Notes: a model not told the origin generated them from the letters alone. A stretch of 64,000 bases of DNA from Antechinus flavipes (GCF_016432865.1 NC_067403.1:40858001-40922000), one strand, 5' to 3'. Shown: positions 23,730 through 36,800, counted from the stretch's first letter. Translations and numbers: made by a program.

Positions 23730-26700
23730 CGAAGAAGAGAAACAAATAGAAAGGTCGTCGCAATGGCAAAAAGCAAAAACAGTCTCTCCTCCCCTTCCTT
23801 TTTCCCTCCCCTGCCTCCACCCACCAGAATCGTCATTTCCTATACAACACATCGGGACTTGCACAAAGAGTGGGCGGGGGCCATTCTTTCTCCAAGCATA
23901 TATGTTAATGGAGTATGGTCCAATTACTATTTAGCCTCACATGCTTGGGACCTCAGTGCATCAACTCAAGCCTCAGCCCATTACAGGAAACCAATTATAT
24001 TGAAATATAATTATCAAAAAATATATTTTGGGGAATAGCAAAGGAATGCAATGAATAGGGCAAGAGCTTTAGAGTCCAGAGATCCTGAGTTCAAATTCAG
24101 CACCACATACTTACTAACTGTAATTCTGAACAAATCACAGACATACACACACATATATATACATACATACATGTATATATAGGTATACACCCATTTTGCA
24201 TAGTGTACATATATTTATGCAAATGTACATCCATGCATATACATATATATATATATATTAAATTCTAAGACCCCAGGTTCAAAGTCCCCTGCTTCAGAGC
24301 TCTTAGCCTTCAGGGAATGTCCAGTGTTATATGTGTACCATCCATAGATAATGCTTCCATTTCCCCCCAGTCATACATCTCTTTGATTCACCGCTTTTTT
24401 TGTACAGCTTTTTATCTATAATATATTGCAGCTACTCGACCCCCCACGTGCCTTTTGTGGCAATAAAAAAATCTTTAGATCATAAAGTGCCCAGGTGTGA
24501 TAACCAGTTTCTAAGCCCAGAACAATGGGGTGTTTTAGCACTCACTACCATACACCTGCTATCTCTTGGCACAAGTACAGCTCACATCAAAGTCCAGCAC
24601 CACATGCTGCTTGTCCCCCTGTCACCCTTTGGCTTTGGCTGTGTTGTTTCCATGCTTGTTTTTACCCGGGGTGAAGTGAACCTGTATTCCTCTCACCCCT
24701 TCGTTTAACTCAGCTTTTTTCCATCTACAAATCAGGGCAGAATATTCACTCCCTGCCTCCTGCCTCGGAGCATCCTCAGAAAATAATCTGAGCCACGTTT
24801 AAGGATAGACAGCTGTCACTCATCTGTCATCATCATGAAACAAGTGCTTGGGGAAACCTTCATGATTCAGAGGAAAATCAAACTCATTGGGATCCTGTGA
24901 ATAGGCACTAAACCGACAGCTGTAAATCAGAGTTCCAGTGCCAGTTCTTCCCCTGACAAACCACGTCAGACGGTCTGCTTCATGCTCATTGACTAAGGTC
25001 TCCAAATGAAATTAGCCACAGAAACTACAATAGAGTATTCGAGTTAATCAGATTCGAATGACAGAGGTTGCTAAGCAAGTTTAATTAATTTATATTGAAG
25101 TTCAATGTGAAGTTTCTAAAGAAACATTAAGAATAAAAAGAAAAGAAAAAGAGGGAAGTTTCTCTCTTTCCAATGGTTCTAGCCTCTCTACAGAAAAAAA
25201 AAAAAATTATTCACTTCTCTTGGGACTAACAATAAGAATAATCAGCATTTTTATGGGACTTTAAGGTTTGCAAAGTGCTTTACAAATATTATCTCATTGG
25301 ATCAATAATCCTAGGAGGTAAGTGCCATTATTACTCCCATTTTACTGATGAGAAAACTGAGGTAGACAGTGATTGCCAAGGATCAGGTGGTAATAAGTAT
25401 CTGAACTCATATTTGAACTTGGGTCTTCCTAAGTGCAAGTCCAGTGTTTCTATTCACTACAATGGAGGGCTTCGATTGGAGGTGATTCTATTTAAGTGCT
25501 GTGTGGATACAAAATGCTACCAGAAAATAACTGATCCTATTTTATTGTCACTTCCTAATGTTTATATATTTTGAAATTTATGCAAATCAGAAAGTATGCA
25601 GAGTTATTTAAAAATTTTTCAATCTCCTTCTGTTTTCTCTTTTTCTTCCTCTCCCTTTTTTTCTTCTTCCCCTCATTATAACTCTAGTTACCTACTGTCT
25701 TCTTCTCTTAGAATGTAAACTCTTTTAGGACAGGGACTTTTTTGCTTGCTTAAATTTGGATTCTCATCCCTCAGTCCAGGGCCTGGCCCTAGCGAGCATT
25801 TACTAGATGTTTTTTCATGAATTTATTATTCCTTCTAGTAATCAATAAATACATCTACCATTTCAGGTGCCTTGGAAGGATGCCATTCCCTTTTCCTGCA
25901 GAATTAGTTTCTCAGGTATAGAACAAGTCATCACTCTGTACCTTGCATTTGAAGAAAATGGCATCTGGAAGTGATGGGGTGGTTCACCAATGCAAATTAG
26001 AAATGTGAACTGATAGAAGGCGTTGTCATGTTGTGTTATCAATGGCCAGAAGGCTAGTCGGGGACAACGGATTTCATAATACTGCCCTTTCTCATGAACT
26101 AGACCACTCTTAGGAAAGGGTCTCAGGATATCATCTGATCTCAGCCTCTTCACATTTAAAATATGTTTGGCTATCTTATTTCTTAGGCTAAGATATAGAA
26201 AACGAAGCTCCATCTTTCACAAGCACTAGTGGACTTGACTCAACTCATTCATTCCAATCTTTCCCACTATGAGAGGATTCTTCATAAAAAGCCTAAATGC
26301 TATAACTACAGCTTGGGTCTCTTTTTTCATCTGGTTTTGTCTCCAAAAGAAACAGAAAACAGCTGATCATTTACATAAATTATCCTTTATACATTTGAAG
26401 CCCCATTATTGTCTATTTTCAGCCTTTTCTTTATCAAGTTGAACGATCTCAGTTCCTTTGGCCTTTCTTTATGGATATCACTTTATAACTTTTTAGCATC
26501 TTGGAGGTCCTTGGAACCCTCCCCGAGTTCTACTTTTAAGTTGAGGGGAACTAAGGACCAGGGGGAACACTGCTAATAAAGGCTCGATTGGTGTTGTGTA
26601 TCATGAAAGGATTACCTCATGATTCCTTCCTCTTAGATTCTTGCCTTATGAATCCCAACTTTTACCAGTAATGCTACTCTACATTATATGGAAATTGTGA

Positions 26701-27169
26701 ATAATAAATAAATAATAAAATGATGGGTACTTTCCACCTTAAGTTATTGAATTATAGATGTAAGAGAATGGAAGTATTGTATTGCTGGGAACAGTATAAG
26801 CATCCAATAGAAAAGAAGTCTGGAAAATATTGGCTGGTGGTAGCAGTGCCATATAGTTTACGTGCATATAGAATATATTATTTTATGTGCATAAGGAATA
26901 TATTATGCATAATAAATTAATGATATATAGTTATATTAGCTAAAGGAGTTAATACAGAAAAGAGAGTAGAAAGGAAGGGAGAAAGGGAACCTACTGCATG
27001 CTAGGCCCTATGCTAAGCACTTTATAAATATTATTTCATTTAAGAAAAAGAAGACAGTAATCATATTATCAATATTACTCTGCCTGACTGCTGAGCTAAA
27101 TTTAATAGAGAATTTATAAAAATTGATGTAGGACCCTTTTTGGAGTCAGAGATATTAGATACTAGATAG

Positions 27170-27378
27170 TCGCCCTTTCTCTCCCCAACATCTTAAGTTG
27201 TGGCTTGTGATCCCATATAGGGGCTCATAACTGAATGTGGGGGGGGTCACGAAATTATGATTTATTATAAGTAAGTGTTTGACATGCATACTTATTTTAT
27301 ATACCTACACACCCAGGGTTACATAAAAATTTCTTGAGCAAAAAAGGGTCGTGAGTGGGAAAAGTTTAAGAAGCCCTT
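27170..27378. mobile_element. Older hAT-like MITE, copy 2 (opposite orientation)
   Basis: Reverse-complement similarity to 7412-7575. Confidence 0.5.
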
Positions 27379-28380
27379 CCCTAGCTTCCTTGCCCACACA
27401 GCTAGTAAGTATTTGTTGTCAGAATCAGAAAGATTCCAGGTCTAGTACTCCTCTATCCATTGTATTACCTAATTTTTATAAAAATAAGTTGCATATAGTA
27501 GAGATGCATTATTTTGTATTTTTAAAAATGATATCAGTAAACTGTGCAAGAAAGGAAATGGGAAAAACATCAACAAAATAGATTAGCTAAACTGATCTCC
27601 TTGAGTGAAATGGTGTTCAAAGCTCCAGAAAGCTTCAGGCTGACAATGAGAACTAGTACAACATTCTTTATATTCTTACTGAACATTGGACAGAAAGTTA
27701 AGAACTATTAAGTTCATTTGGAGGCCATTCACATAGATAAGTAGAGACCTTGGATCTGGAGGGACTTTGAAGTTTCCATTTTATAAACTACTCTTTCTAA
27801 ATTATCAGAAACAAATTACCAGGAAATAAATGGGGGAAGGGAAAGAGGCAAGAATTCATCTCTAATTTTAAAAGAAACCAGATCTCTGCCTACCGGGGCC
27901 ATTTGTGAGCAAGGAGAGAAATTAGATTCTGAGAAATTGGAGCAGTTTGAGGGTATGATACATGCTCCGTCCCTGTCCCGAGTCCTTATCACTTACACTG
28001 TGTCTTTTTTCTAATAATCTACAAAGCCATAACAACAGTGGGGAGGCACCATGGCACAATGCAGAGTATTGGCTTTGGAGTCCTAACTCTGCACTGGATG
28101 TTTCCTACTTAGGGGAGCTGAGCAACTCATTAACCTTCAGTTCCTTCATCTCTACAATGGATTAAAGGGTTTCTGAGCTCTCTAGCTCTAGATCCAAGAT
28201 ATTGGGACCCGAGAGGTGATGGAGTCCAACACTCCATTTTATACATGAAAAAAATTGAGCTATAGGGAGGATGATACTGATCTCCCAGGTAGTTGTTTTG
28301 TTATAGAAGGTGAAATTCAGGCATCATGATGCCTTTTAAAAAGAATTGTGTCATTTGGAAGAATAATTTATTAATCACTA

Positions 28381-29095
28381 GGGGAAAGGAGGGGAGAGAG
28401 TGAGAGACTAAAAGAGACAGAGAGAGATGGAGACACTGAAAAGGAAACAGAGACAGACTGAGATAGATAGGGAGAGACAAAAAAAGAAAGAGAGACACAG
28501 AGACAGATAGACAGGGGACAGAGAGACAGAAACAGAGATAGATCCAGAGACAGACAGAGAGACCCAGAGACATTCAGAGACACAGAGACACACACACAGA
28601 GACAGACATAAACAGAGACAAATAGAGACACTGAGAAGGAAACAGGGAGAGATAAAGAAACAAAGAGACACACACACATACAGAAACAGAAACAGAGATC
28701 CAGAGACAGAGACAGATGTAGACAGAGAGACTGAGACATAGACAGAAATAGAGACAAATCCAGAAACAGACAGAGACAGACATTCAGAGATCCAGAGACA
28801 GAAACACAGAGACAGACAATCACAGAGACAGACAGAGACACTGAGAGGGAAATAGGGAGAGACAAAGAAAGAAACAAAGAGACACACACATAAAGAGAAA
28901 CAAAGACAGAAAGGGAGACAGAGATACACAGAGAGAGATCCAGAGACAGAGACCCAATGACAGACACAGAGACAGAGACAGAAAGACACAGTCAAAGATA
29001 CACAAAGAGAGAAGCAGAGACATACACATACACAAAGAGACACAGAGAAAAACTGAGACACACAGAGATAATCAATCTGGAGAGACAGAGATCTA
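28381..29095. repeat. ~700-bp purine-rich (GAGA/CAGA/GACA) low-complexity tract with ~200-bp internal periodicity
   Basis: gagacactga.a.ggaaa.ag recurs near 28430, 28626 and 28834; the long C/V/S/L-rich minus-strand ORFs here are artefacts. Confidence 0.9.
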
Positions 29096-29239
29096 GAGCC
29101 AAAGGCAGAGAGATCTAGTGCCGCTTCGGCTAAACTATCCCTCAAGCAGGATCTGAAGTGAGCATCAAGAAGGAAACCTTTTTTCATGGAAAATGTTTTA
29201 AGTAGGTAAGGAAGATCCAGGAAGTTGTTCTCATTTTCT

Positions 29240-29700
29240 CAGCTACGTGGCCGCCCTTAACAAATATTGCGGCTCCAAGCTCTGGGCAGAGCAGAACCGG
29301 GCCGTTAGGTGCCTGCCTGACGGAGCTAGGAGACCCGGCCCCCGGGAGCGCAGGCTGCGTCTCCCGGAGCGCCGACGTGCGCCGGGCTCCCCGGGCTCCT
29401 CCAGGACGCAGGGACTCACCTTGCCCGGATCTCCGCTTGCCTTGTGGGAGTGAGGGTGGCCAGAGGCGGCCTGGCTGGTTCAGCCTCGGGGTGCTCTCTG
29501 CCCGGGACTCAGCGCTGCCCCGGCCGCCCGGGACTCTGTGCCTCCGTGCCTCAGCCCTGTGGCTGCTCCGCTTGCGCCCGCCTCTGTCTGCTCTGCGTCT
29601 GGGGAGCTCGATCAACCTCGCCGGACCAGGTGCCCCTTCTCAGGGTGGCAAACCCCGGACGCGGGCTCCGGACCAGCCCGTTCTAGATTTTTCAAAAGGG
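29240..29700. promoter_or_regulatory. Second CpG island, likely a distal HOPX promoter
   Basis: Isolated ~460-bp GC/CpG-rich block containing a consensus minus-strand donor. Confidence 0.7.
29420..29650 (-). other. Candidate distal non-coding first exon (3' end at 29420; 5' end approximate)
   Basis: Consensus donor CAAG|GTGAGT (GT at 29419-29418) on the HOPX strand; no ATG seen in the exon. Eutherian HOPX has distal non-coding first exons (general knowledge). The link to HOPX is inferred. Confidence 0.55.
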
Positions 29701-31769
29701 ACTTAAGAGCTGGGACTTGCTCCAGATGGGGCGTACTTGGGAGCTAGTCCTTCCCTTTAGTTTTTCCTCCTACCCAGGATTTTTTTTTTTTAATCTGAAT
29801 CTTCATTTAATGTTTGATAAGCTCTTAGGTTCTGAGGTGGGGGAGGGGGTTTGAGCTCCACAACCTACCTACAAGGAACTAACATTTGAGGAGTTCTCCA
29901 TTATTCAGTCTATCAGTAAGACCCACAATTTAAGAATGTCCTGCGGAGGCGCAGCTAGGTGGTGTAATGCATAGAGCAGCAGTCCTGAAGTCAGGACCTG
30001 AGTTCAAAATAGGCCTCAGGCACTTACCACTTCCTAGCTATGGGACCCTGGACAAGTCACTTAACCCCAATTGCCTCAGCAAAAAAGAAAAGCAGAATGT
30101 CCCACTTTGTCTCTTTGGGCCTCCATGGCCTCCGTTAAAAATGGTCTCCCCATCTCCAGCAATCAGCCTTATATTCCAAAGGACCCCGAGCTCTCTTTCC
30201 CTTGGCTGTATACAAGTAGAGTCTGTAACAGAAATCTGATTTCGGGGGATCACGCTGCTCCCCCACAATCCCAAAACAATTTTCGGTGTAAGTAGTGACA
30301 CATCCTCTCAGAAAGGCAGACACCCCTAATGAACATAGGCTACCCTCAGAGCGGCCATAACTAGGAGAAGGAAGCTGGATCAGCCTTATCTATAGTTTGA
30401 CTACCTCAGTCTGATAAGGAAATTGCCTCTAACCTCATCTCTTCCTTAGAGAAGGGAGCCACGTAGGGCTTGAAATCCCTGCCCTTTGAAATCAATATTT
30501 TTGGATATGAAATTTAGTCTTCTGGCTTTTAGCATCTCTGGCAGATGCAACACATGAAGTTGTTTTAGCTATTAATATTCTAGGCTTTGATTCATTTATC
30601 AGATTTTTTTTTCAAAGAGTCATCTGGTAAGTTTTTGAGGGAATGAAACAGAGAAACAATACATTTTAAGTTAAAGGAGTTCTGGGGGAAAGAACTCAAA
30701 CTGTTGCCCAAGAGAAGAGGCCTGGGTGGGGCACTTAATGTTCCACCCCTAGGCACCATAAGGGCGAAAGGTACACAGTGTAGGGAGAACTGATAAGAAG
30801 AAAAGAGCCTTGGAAAGCTTCGAAGGAAGGTATGAAGTCAAACCACTTAATACACAATGTAGCTTAGGTCAGGCCCTAAATGGTGACTTTTTTTTTTTTA
30901 AGGCCCCTACTATGGCAGAAAGATCCATGAATTGGATCCTTGTAGTTTATTTCCCAAGGGAGTAGCTGATGGAACTTTAGCATCTATTTTGTTCATGTAT
31001 TCTATTCAGTAATTGTAATCCATTTGCTTATTCTAAATGCTATTAGAACAAAAGGAAGCTTTAGTTTTCGAAACATTGCTACTGAAGCATTAACACAATT
31101 CTTAAATAACACGCCTTTGAGCTCCCTGAACAATCCCCCTGGCATAGAGCCTGTGGAGTCAGAACGGGCATCAAGAATGCACTTGAGAAACAGCCCTGAC
31201 TCATTAACAAATGGAAAAGTCAGATTCTGACAAGCCAGAAATACCAGGAGGATCTCCAATGCACTTGAACTCTCTCCTCTTAAGGACTATCCATCTCTTG
31301 TTTGAGCTGTTCATTCCTGAAGTTAGTCATGTGCTGCCTTGTTTTATTTCTTAACTGTTTTAGGGGTAAATGTGTAAACTGAGGTAAAACGAACTTAGTA
31401 CTCTGGAGCTCATCTCACCTGGAAAAAGAAAGGTATTGAATTGCCAGAGAGTTCTTAAGTTAGGGTCTATGAATTATTTAACAATTTTTTTGATAATTAT
31501 TTCAATATAATTGGTTTCCTCTGTAATTCTACGTATGTAGTTTTTATGAATTTAAAACATTATTCAAACCAATAGACTACTGAAGGAGTCCAAGAAACAA
31601 ATATACCAAAAAAAATATTAAGAATCCCTGGACCCAAGATTATTTCTGGAAATTTTGATTCTAAAGAAGTTAGTGTATATCTTGGCTCTTCAACTAGAAT
31701 AGTAGCTCTCTTCTTAAAGGATCTATATCACATTTCTTTTCTCTTTCCTAGAATATTTTGCAGATTTTT

Positions 31770-32022
31770 AGTTGTTTAATCATATTTCAGTCATATCTGA
31801 CTCTTTGTGACCCCATTTGGGTTTTGGGGTTCCTGGGTTTTTTTTGGGAGATAATGGAATGGTTTGTCATTTTCTTTTCCAGGTTATTTTACAGATGAGG
31901 AAACTAAGGCAAATATGATTAAGTGACTTGTTACATAGCTACTAAGTATCTTGAGGTGAAATTTGAATTCAGAAACTTTGACTCCAGGTTGATACTCTAC
32001 CTACTGTGCCCTCTAGTGGCCC
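31770..32022 (+). mobile_element. Mar1-type CORE-SINE; other copies at ~40655-40912(-), 41605-41841(+), 49640-49830(+), 55893-56111(+), 56555-56760(-)
   Basis: RTE-like head (tcagtcat.tctgactctttgtgaccccattt...) fused to the MIR core (cattttacagatgaggaaact.aggca). Confidence 0.75.
32006..32019 (-). promoter_or_regulatory. Consensus CTCF core motif at the tail of a Mar1 SINE
   Basis: Minus strand GGGCCACTAGAGGGCACAG; core CCACTAGAGGGCAC matches CCASYAGRKGGCRS at 14/14. Confidence 0.55.
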
Positions 32023-33825
32023 TAGGTCTGCTTTGCAGATAGCAGGTGCTTAATAATTCCTTTGATTTTTAAAGGGGTCATCATCATCTTAAAAATAAGT
32101 TTTAAAAAGGTGACCCAGAAGTATTTTCTTCCTTCCTATGGCTGCACTGGCTTTTCAGCCAACAGATGTATTCCCTTAAATATAAAAAGTATATCTAAAT
32201 GCTAGGTAAGTTGATTTTACTGTGCTGCAGCAGGTAGATGGTAGTGTAGTAAATAGTATACTGAACATGAGGTCAGAGAAAAAATCTGAATTCAAATTTT
32301 ACCCTCGGCTCTACTTAATTTTGTGTCCTGAGAAAATCATTTAACCTTTGCTTAAGTCAATTTCCTGATCTCTGAAAGAAGGGGAATAATAGAATCTTAC
32401 CTCCTAGAGTTGGGAGAATAAAATGAGATCACTTTGCAAACCTTATATTAGCTATTATTATTTGTCTTCTTTTTTAACCTTTGTGACTAAAGGAAGACCT
32501 TTTGAGTGAGGTCAGAAGGGAGGGTTACACTTGGAAATGAATATGATGTAAAAAAAAAACAAAAGGCATAAATTTTTAAGTGTTAGCAAAATGTTTTATA
32601 ACTCTTAAAAAATATATGTATACATATATTTGCTGAATGTGATGGCTCACCATAAAGATGGTTTCTCTCTTTAGTCTCTGCCTTTCTCTGAAAAAATCAG
32701 TCTTAATCCCTTAAGTGTTGGACTCCATGTACCTCTCCATGTCACTTCTTTTTATAGCCTACTTGATAAGATGGTCCCATTTAAACTTGAGGGTGACATG
32801 GGGCCTGGATGTCCCTGGCTTCTATCCCATTTCCTTTCCCCCAGCAACTTGCATACCTAATCCTAGTTGGCATTGTGTTGAAATATCAACGGCACCTATT
32901 TCCTCAAGGCACCAGAATAAGGGATTCCCTTAAGTCTCAGATAACTATTGGTTGTCGCAAAATCAGTTTCTCTGAGTAATGGAGAACAGCAGAGAAAAAT
33001 TTAATCAATTGTCATGAAGCTTCCACCATACTTAGTCAACATATACATCACTTCCACTTGATATTAACACATTGAATATAGAAATTCTATATTCCTGGTC
33101 TATTATATAGAATAAAAAATATATTAAATGTATTAAAAATGATGCTGTGCTAGATCATATAATATTAACTGAGATTGACAAAATTTATACTTTAAAAAGA
33201 GATTACCTCATTTGAGTAGGTGCTACAAATATTATCACCATTTTAGAGATGAGAAAAATGTGGCTCCTAGCCTCTAAATACCTTGTCCATTATCATTTAC
33301 TGCCAAAAATAGAATCTGAAAATAAGTCTCTCCGGCCCAAGCCCGGCACTTTTTTTTTTCCTTCTACCCTGGACAGATCTCTGTGAAAACATCAGAATGC
33401 AGAATAGGATATTAAACAACTAAAAACATATGTATCTGGCAAGACGATTGGAGTACTCATTCTAAGACATTTTTCAAAAATTAGGCCAGATGCCAAGGTG
33501 AGCTCAATAGATGCCAACAAAACCAAATGAAATTTCCCATGTCCAAAGTTTCCAGTTCAGTCCTATTAAGATGCTTACATCTTTTTGCCCAGAAAACGTT
33601 TCCTACCTTCCTGAAAGGGTACCCAGCCCCAGGCTCTCATCTTCCTTCACCGTTCATCTTTTTCCTCCCCTTTCTTTCTCTTTTCTTTTCTTCTTTATTT
33701 CTTTTGTCCTTTTTTTTTTTAACCTAGCAGAGTGGTCCAATTGAGTAACCATTCGAATTTTATCTGGGTATCTGCGTTTATCCACCTCTGTACATTAAAG
33801 TCAGATGCGTGTGAGAGGTACTTAC

Positions 33826-33893
33826 ATGAGAGTTGTGACTGCTGGTTCTTGATCTGAAGAAGTCCCGTTCTTGGACCAAGGGCTCTTTAAATA
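33826..33893 (-). promoter_or_regulatory. TATA-like promoter plus very short candidate first exon
   Basis: Minus-strand TATTTAAA at 33893-33886, then CAT|GTAAGT donor (GT at 33825-33824) about 60 nt downstream; locally raised CpG; no repeat recognised. Confidence 0.4.
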
Positions 33894-36800
33894 GCAGCGC
33901 TTACTCACTCCCTGGGCAGCACGTTTCCTTACGTGTGTGTGTTCTCTCTGTGGGGCGCACGTTCATGCAGATACCTGAAAAACCTGCAGTGTGGGCTAGA
34001 TGAAAACGACAGAAAGTATGTGGATGCTAAATTTGTCCTGGTTATTCAGGTTTGCTCTGCAGCCCATTCAGACCGGGCTATCTGTGATGGCCAGGAAGTT
34101 TTCTCCCTCCCCTTGTCTCTCTTTCTTGCTCTTCCAATAAGGGATGAACCTGTCCCAGGACTGGAAGGAATAGATCAAGTCCAGACTGGGTAGGAAACAG
34201 AGAAGGATTCTGGGACCCTTGTAACTTTGTTCCTTTGAATGGGACTTTTAGTTAAACATTGCATCACTTCAAAACATTCGCCTTGTGAGGTTGATTTCAT
34301 GAGTTCCATTGGCCAGTTGCCAAGCGAGAGACAGCCCACGGTTGCCTAATTAACGAGAAGTAGCTTTCCTACTGGAACTGAATGTACAAAATACCACTAA
34401 GGGGGAGTGGCAGGCGGGGATGATACTGTTTTTCTTCAGCATCAAAAACTGTTTCAACCTGATCTCTTCAATCCCCATTGGTACCTCTCTCCAGATCTTC
34501 TGCTTCCTTACAAGACAATTTCAAACGTAGGACTTGAGAGGCTCCTCCCCGGAGTTAAATTAAAAGTTTGTGTGTGCAATCTGCGAGAAGGAATCCGGAG
34601 CCTGTGTGTATACAAAATCTGTCACCATTGGTGGAATATGGTGTATATTTTACTTATTAGCTGCCTACAATAGCCATTGATTGTTGCTCCTTGCTAAACC
34701 CATTAGGTGAGGTTATGTGAGTGAGAGAAGGTAGACCTTAGCCTTGGGGAGTGTCTGTGTTTTGATTTCAGCACATACCACGAGAAGCTAAGTGCTTGCC
34801 TATTTTGCTCTTCCACCTCTGCATTAAAAAACAGTTTCTTTAGACAACAAAAAGCCCAGATGATTCCCTTGGAAACTGTGACAACGTGTGAAATGAAGGG
34901 AAATAATGGCATGCCAAATTCCTTGATGAAAAAATAAAAAAGTGGAGGGAGATGAGTATTTTTGCACATCTGTGGTGAAAGGGAAGGGACCTGAAGTTAA
35001 AATATCTGTGAATTTGTGTGTTTTTAATTTGATCACTGTATTTCACTATAATTGGTGTCCTTCGTAATCCTATTTATTTCATCTTTGTTTTATTAATTTT
35101 TAATTTGATTAATTTCTGAATAATTTTAATATTATATTTATATATAATAATTTTAAATAATTAACTAATTACTCTTTGAGTCTAAGAGGGAGTCCATTCC
35201 AGACTTCTAAATGGCTCCACCACACAGACTTTCTCCATAATCACAGGACCCTGGGAACTACTTCAGGGAAGAGTTTAAGCCTTACTCTTTCTGTCTTTCC
35301 TCATTTCTGCTCTAGATCTTTAACCAGGTCAGATTCTCCTCCTACTTCCTTTCTCATGGCCATCTTCAAAGAGCACTGCTTTGGCTCCTTGGGTCTTGTG
35401 GATTTTCTCAGTACTTCTACCTTCTGTTGGAACCCTTGGGCTCTTCATTCATCTAGCCCTTTGCCAAGGGGTTAAATCAATCGAGAGTTTTCAATACCTT
35501 GATTTTTAAAATCTTGACCCTTCAGCTGAATGAGGGTCAGAGAGAGTGTGGCCTTGGGAAGAAGGAAAGATTTGTGGGAAACTGATAGGTGCACTGAAAG
35601 CTATTATTCAGTGATTTTTCTTGACTTTAGAGACCTGATGGTGACCTCTTGTTAGAGAAATGGTGTTTGATAGGTACCGAATGAGGAATATATTGTCAGA
35701 ATTGGCCAACCTATTGATTTGTTTCATTTGAGACATCTTTTGTGTTATAAAGGGAGATTCTAAGGAGGATGGAGGGGAAAGTTGAGAAGGTCTCACAGAA
35801 TCTCAAAGGCACTAATTTTTAAAAATCACTAAAATGTTTATTTATACAAAACAGGTTTTTAAAGTGCTAGATCAAATAATTTTTATTCAATCATATATGT
35901 TTTGCTTCTTTCTGACTTTTGAAGTTACTGGAGTGATGTCATTTCTTCTCATTCTTACAAGGACTGGGCGGGGAGCCTGACTTCTTAAAAGAGAATATCT
36001 CTAGCATGAATGATAGAGAGTTATAAACTGGCCACCCAGGTGTCTAATTAACCCAACTCACTAAACTCCTTTCTCCTTTTCCCTTTGTAGTGGAATTCTC
36101 ACCCTTTCTAGTTCTCAAAGTCAATGCAGAAAGAGTGAGGGGGTGATGAAGGGAACTCTAAAATTCCACATCTCAGATTCATCTTGAATATGGGGGTTAA
36201 AAGCAGAGGTTCCTTTATAATTCACTCATAAAAGAGGTGCCTGGGTAATACATAGAGATTATAAAATTTAGGGAGAGATGAGTTTTTAGACATCGGCCAA
36301 TTCAAAATCCCATTTTATGGATGAAGAAACTGAGGTCCAAGGAGAGAAATGCTTGAACAGAGATCACATAGAATATCCATTATTATTTCTACTTAGATGG
36401 AGATGGGAAGATTGGGAATGGAAATTAATTGAAGGAAATGATAAATATTAAAGGTTAACAAAAATAAAAATTCATTTTCCCTATTAGAGTTCACAGATCT
36501 CTAATATGTTGGAGGTTAAAAACCCCTGCTCTAAGACATGGTAGGTAGATTCAGGGACTCAGAACCCCCAAGTCACATTATATATTCCTTTTCACAAGCA
36601 ATTATGAGATTGGATTAGCCAGTTTTTGTGATACTACTAGTGCAAAAAGATAAGTCCTGTAAACATTAAAGAGATCATTGCAGTTTGAGATCACTGACTA
36701 AAATCTTATTAATAAAAATGAAGAGAAAGGAGAGAAATCTGGAAGAAAAAAAAGTAACTCAACATGAGAGAAGAAATGGACAAAAAACCCAAAAGTTTGA

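Noticed and set aside
24085-24110. REST/RE1 half-site TTCAGCACC
   Set aside because: Inside a MIR-like fragment and lacks the GGACAG right half.
25863-26213. 116-aa minus-strand ORF (MELRFLYL...)
   Set aside because: No recognisable homology or convincing splice structure; length within the chance range.
28301-29187. ORFs up to 259 aa rich in C, V, S, L
   Set aside because: Products of a low-complexity TCTG/TGTC tract that lacks stop codons.
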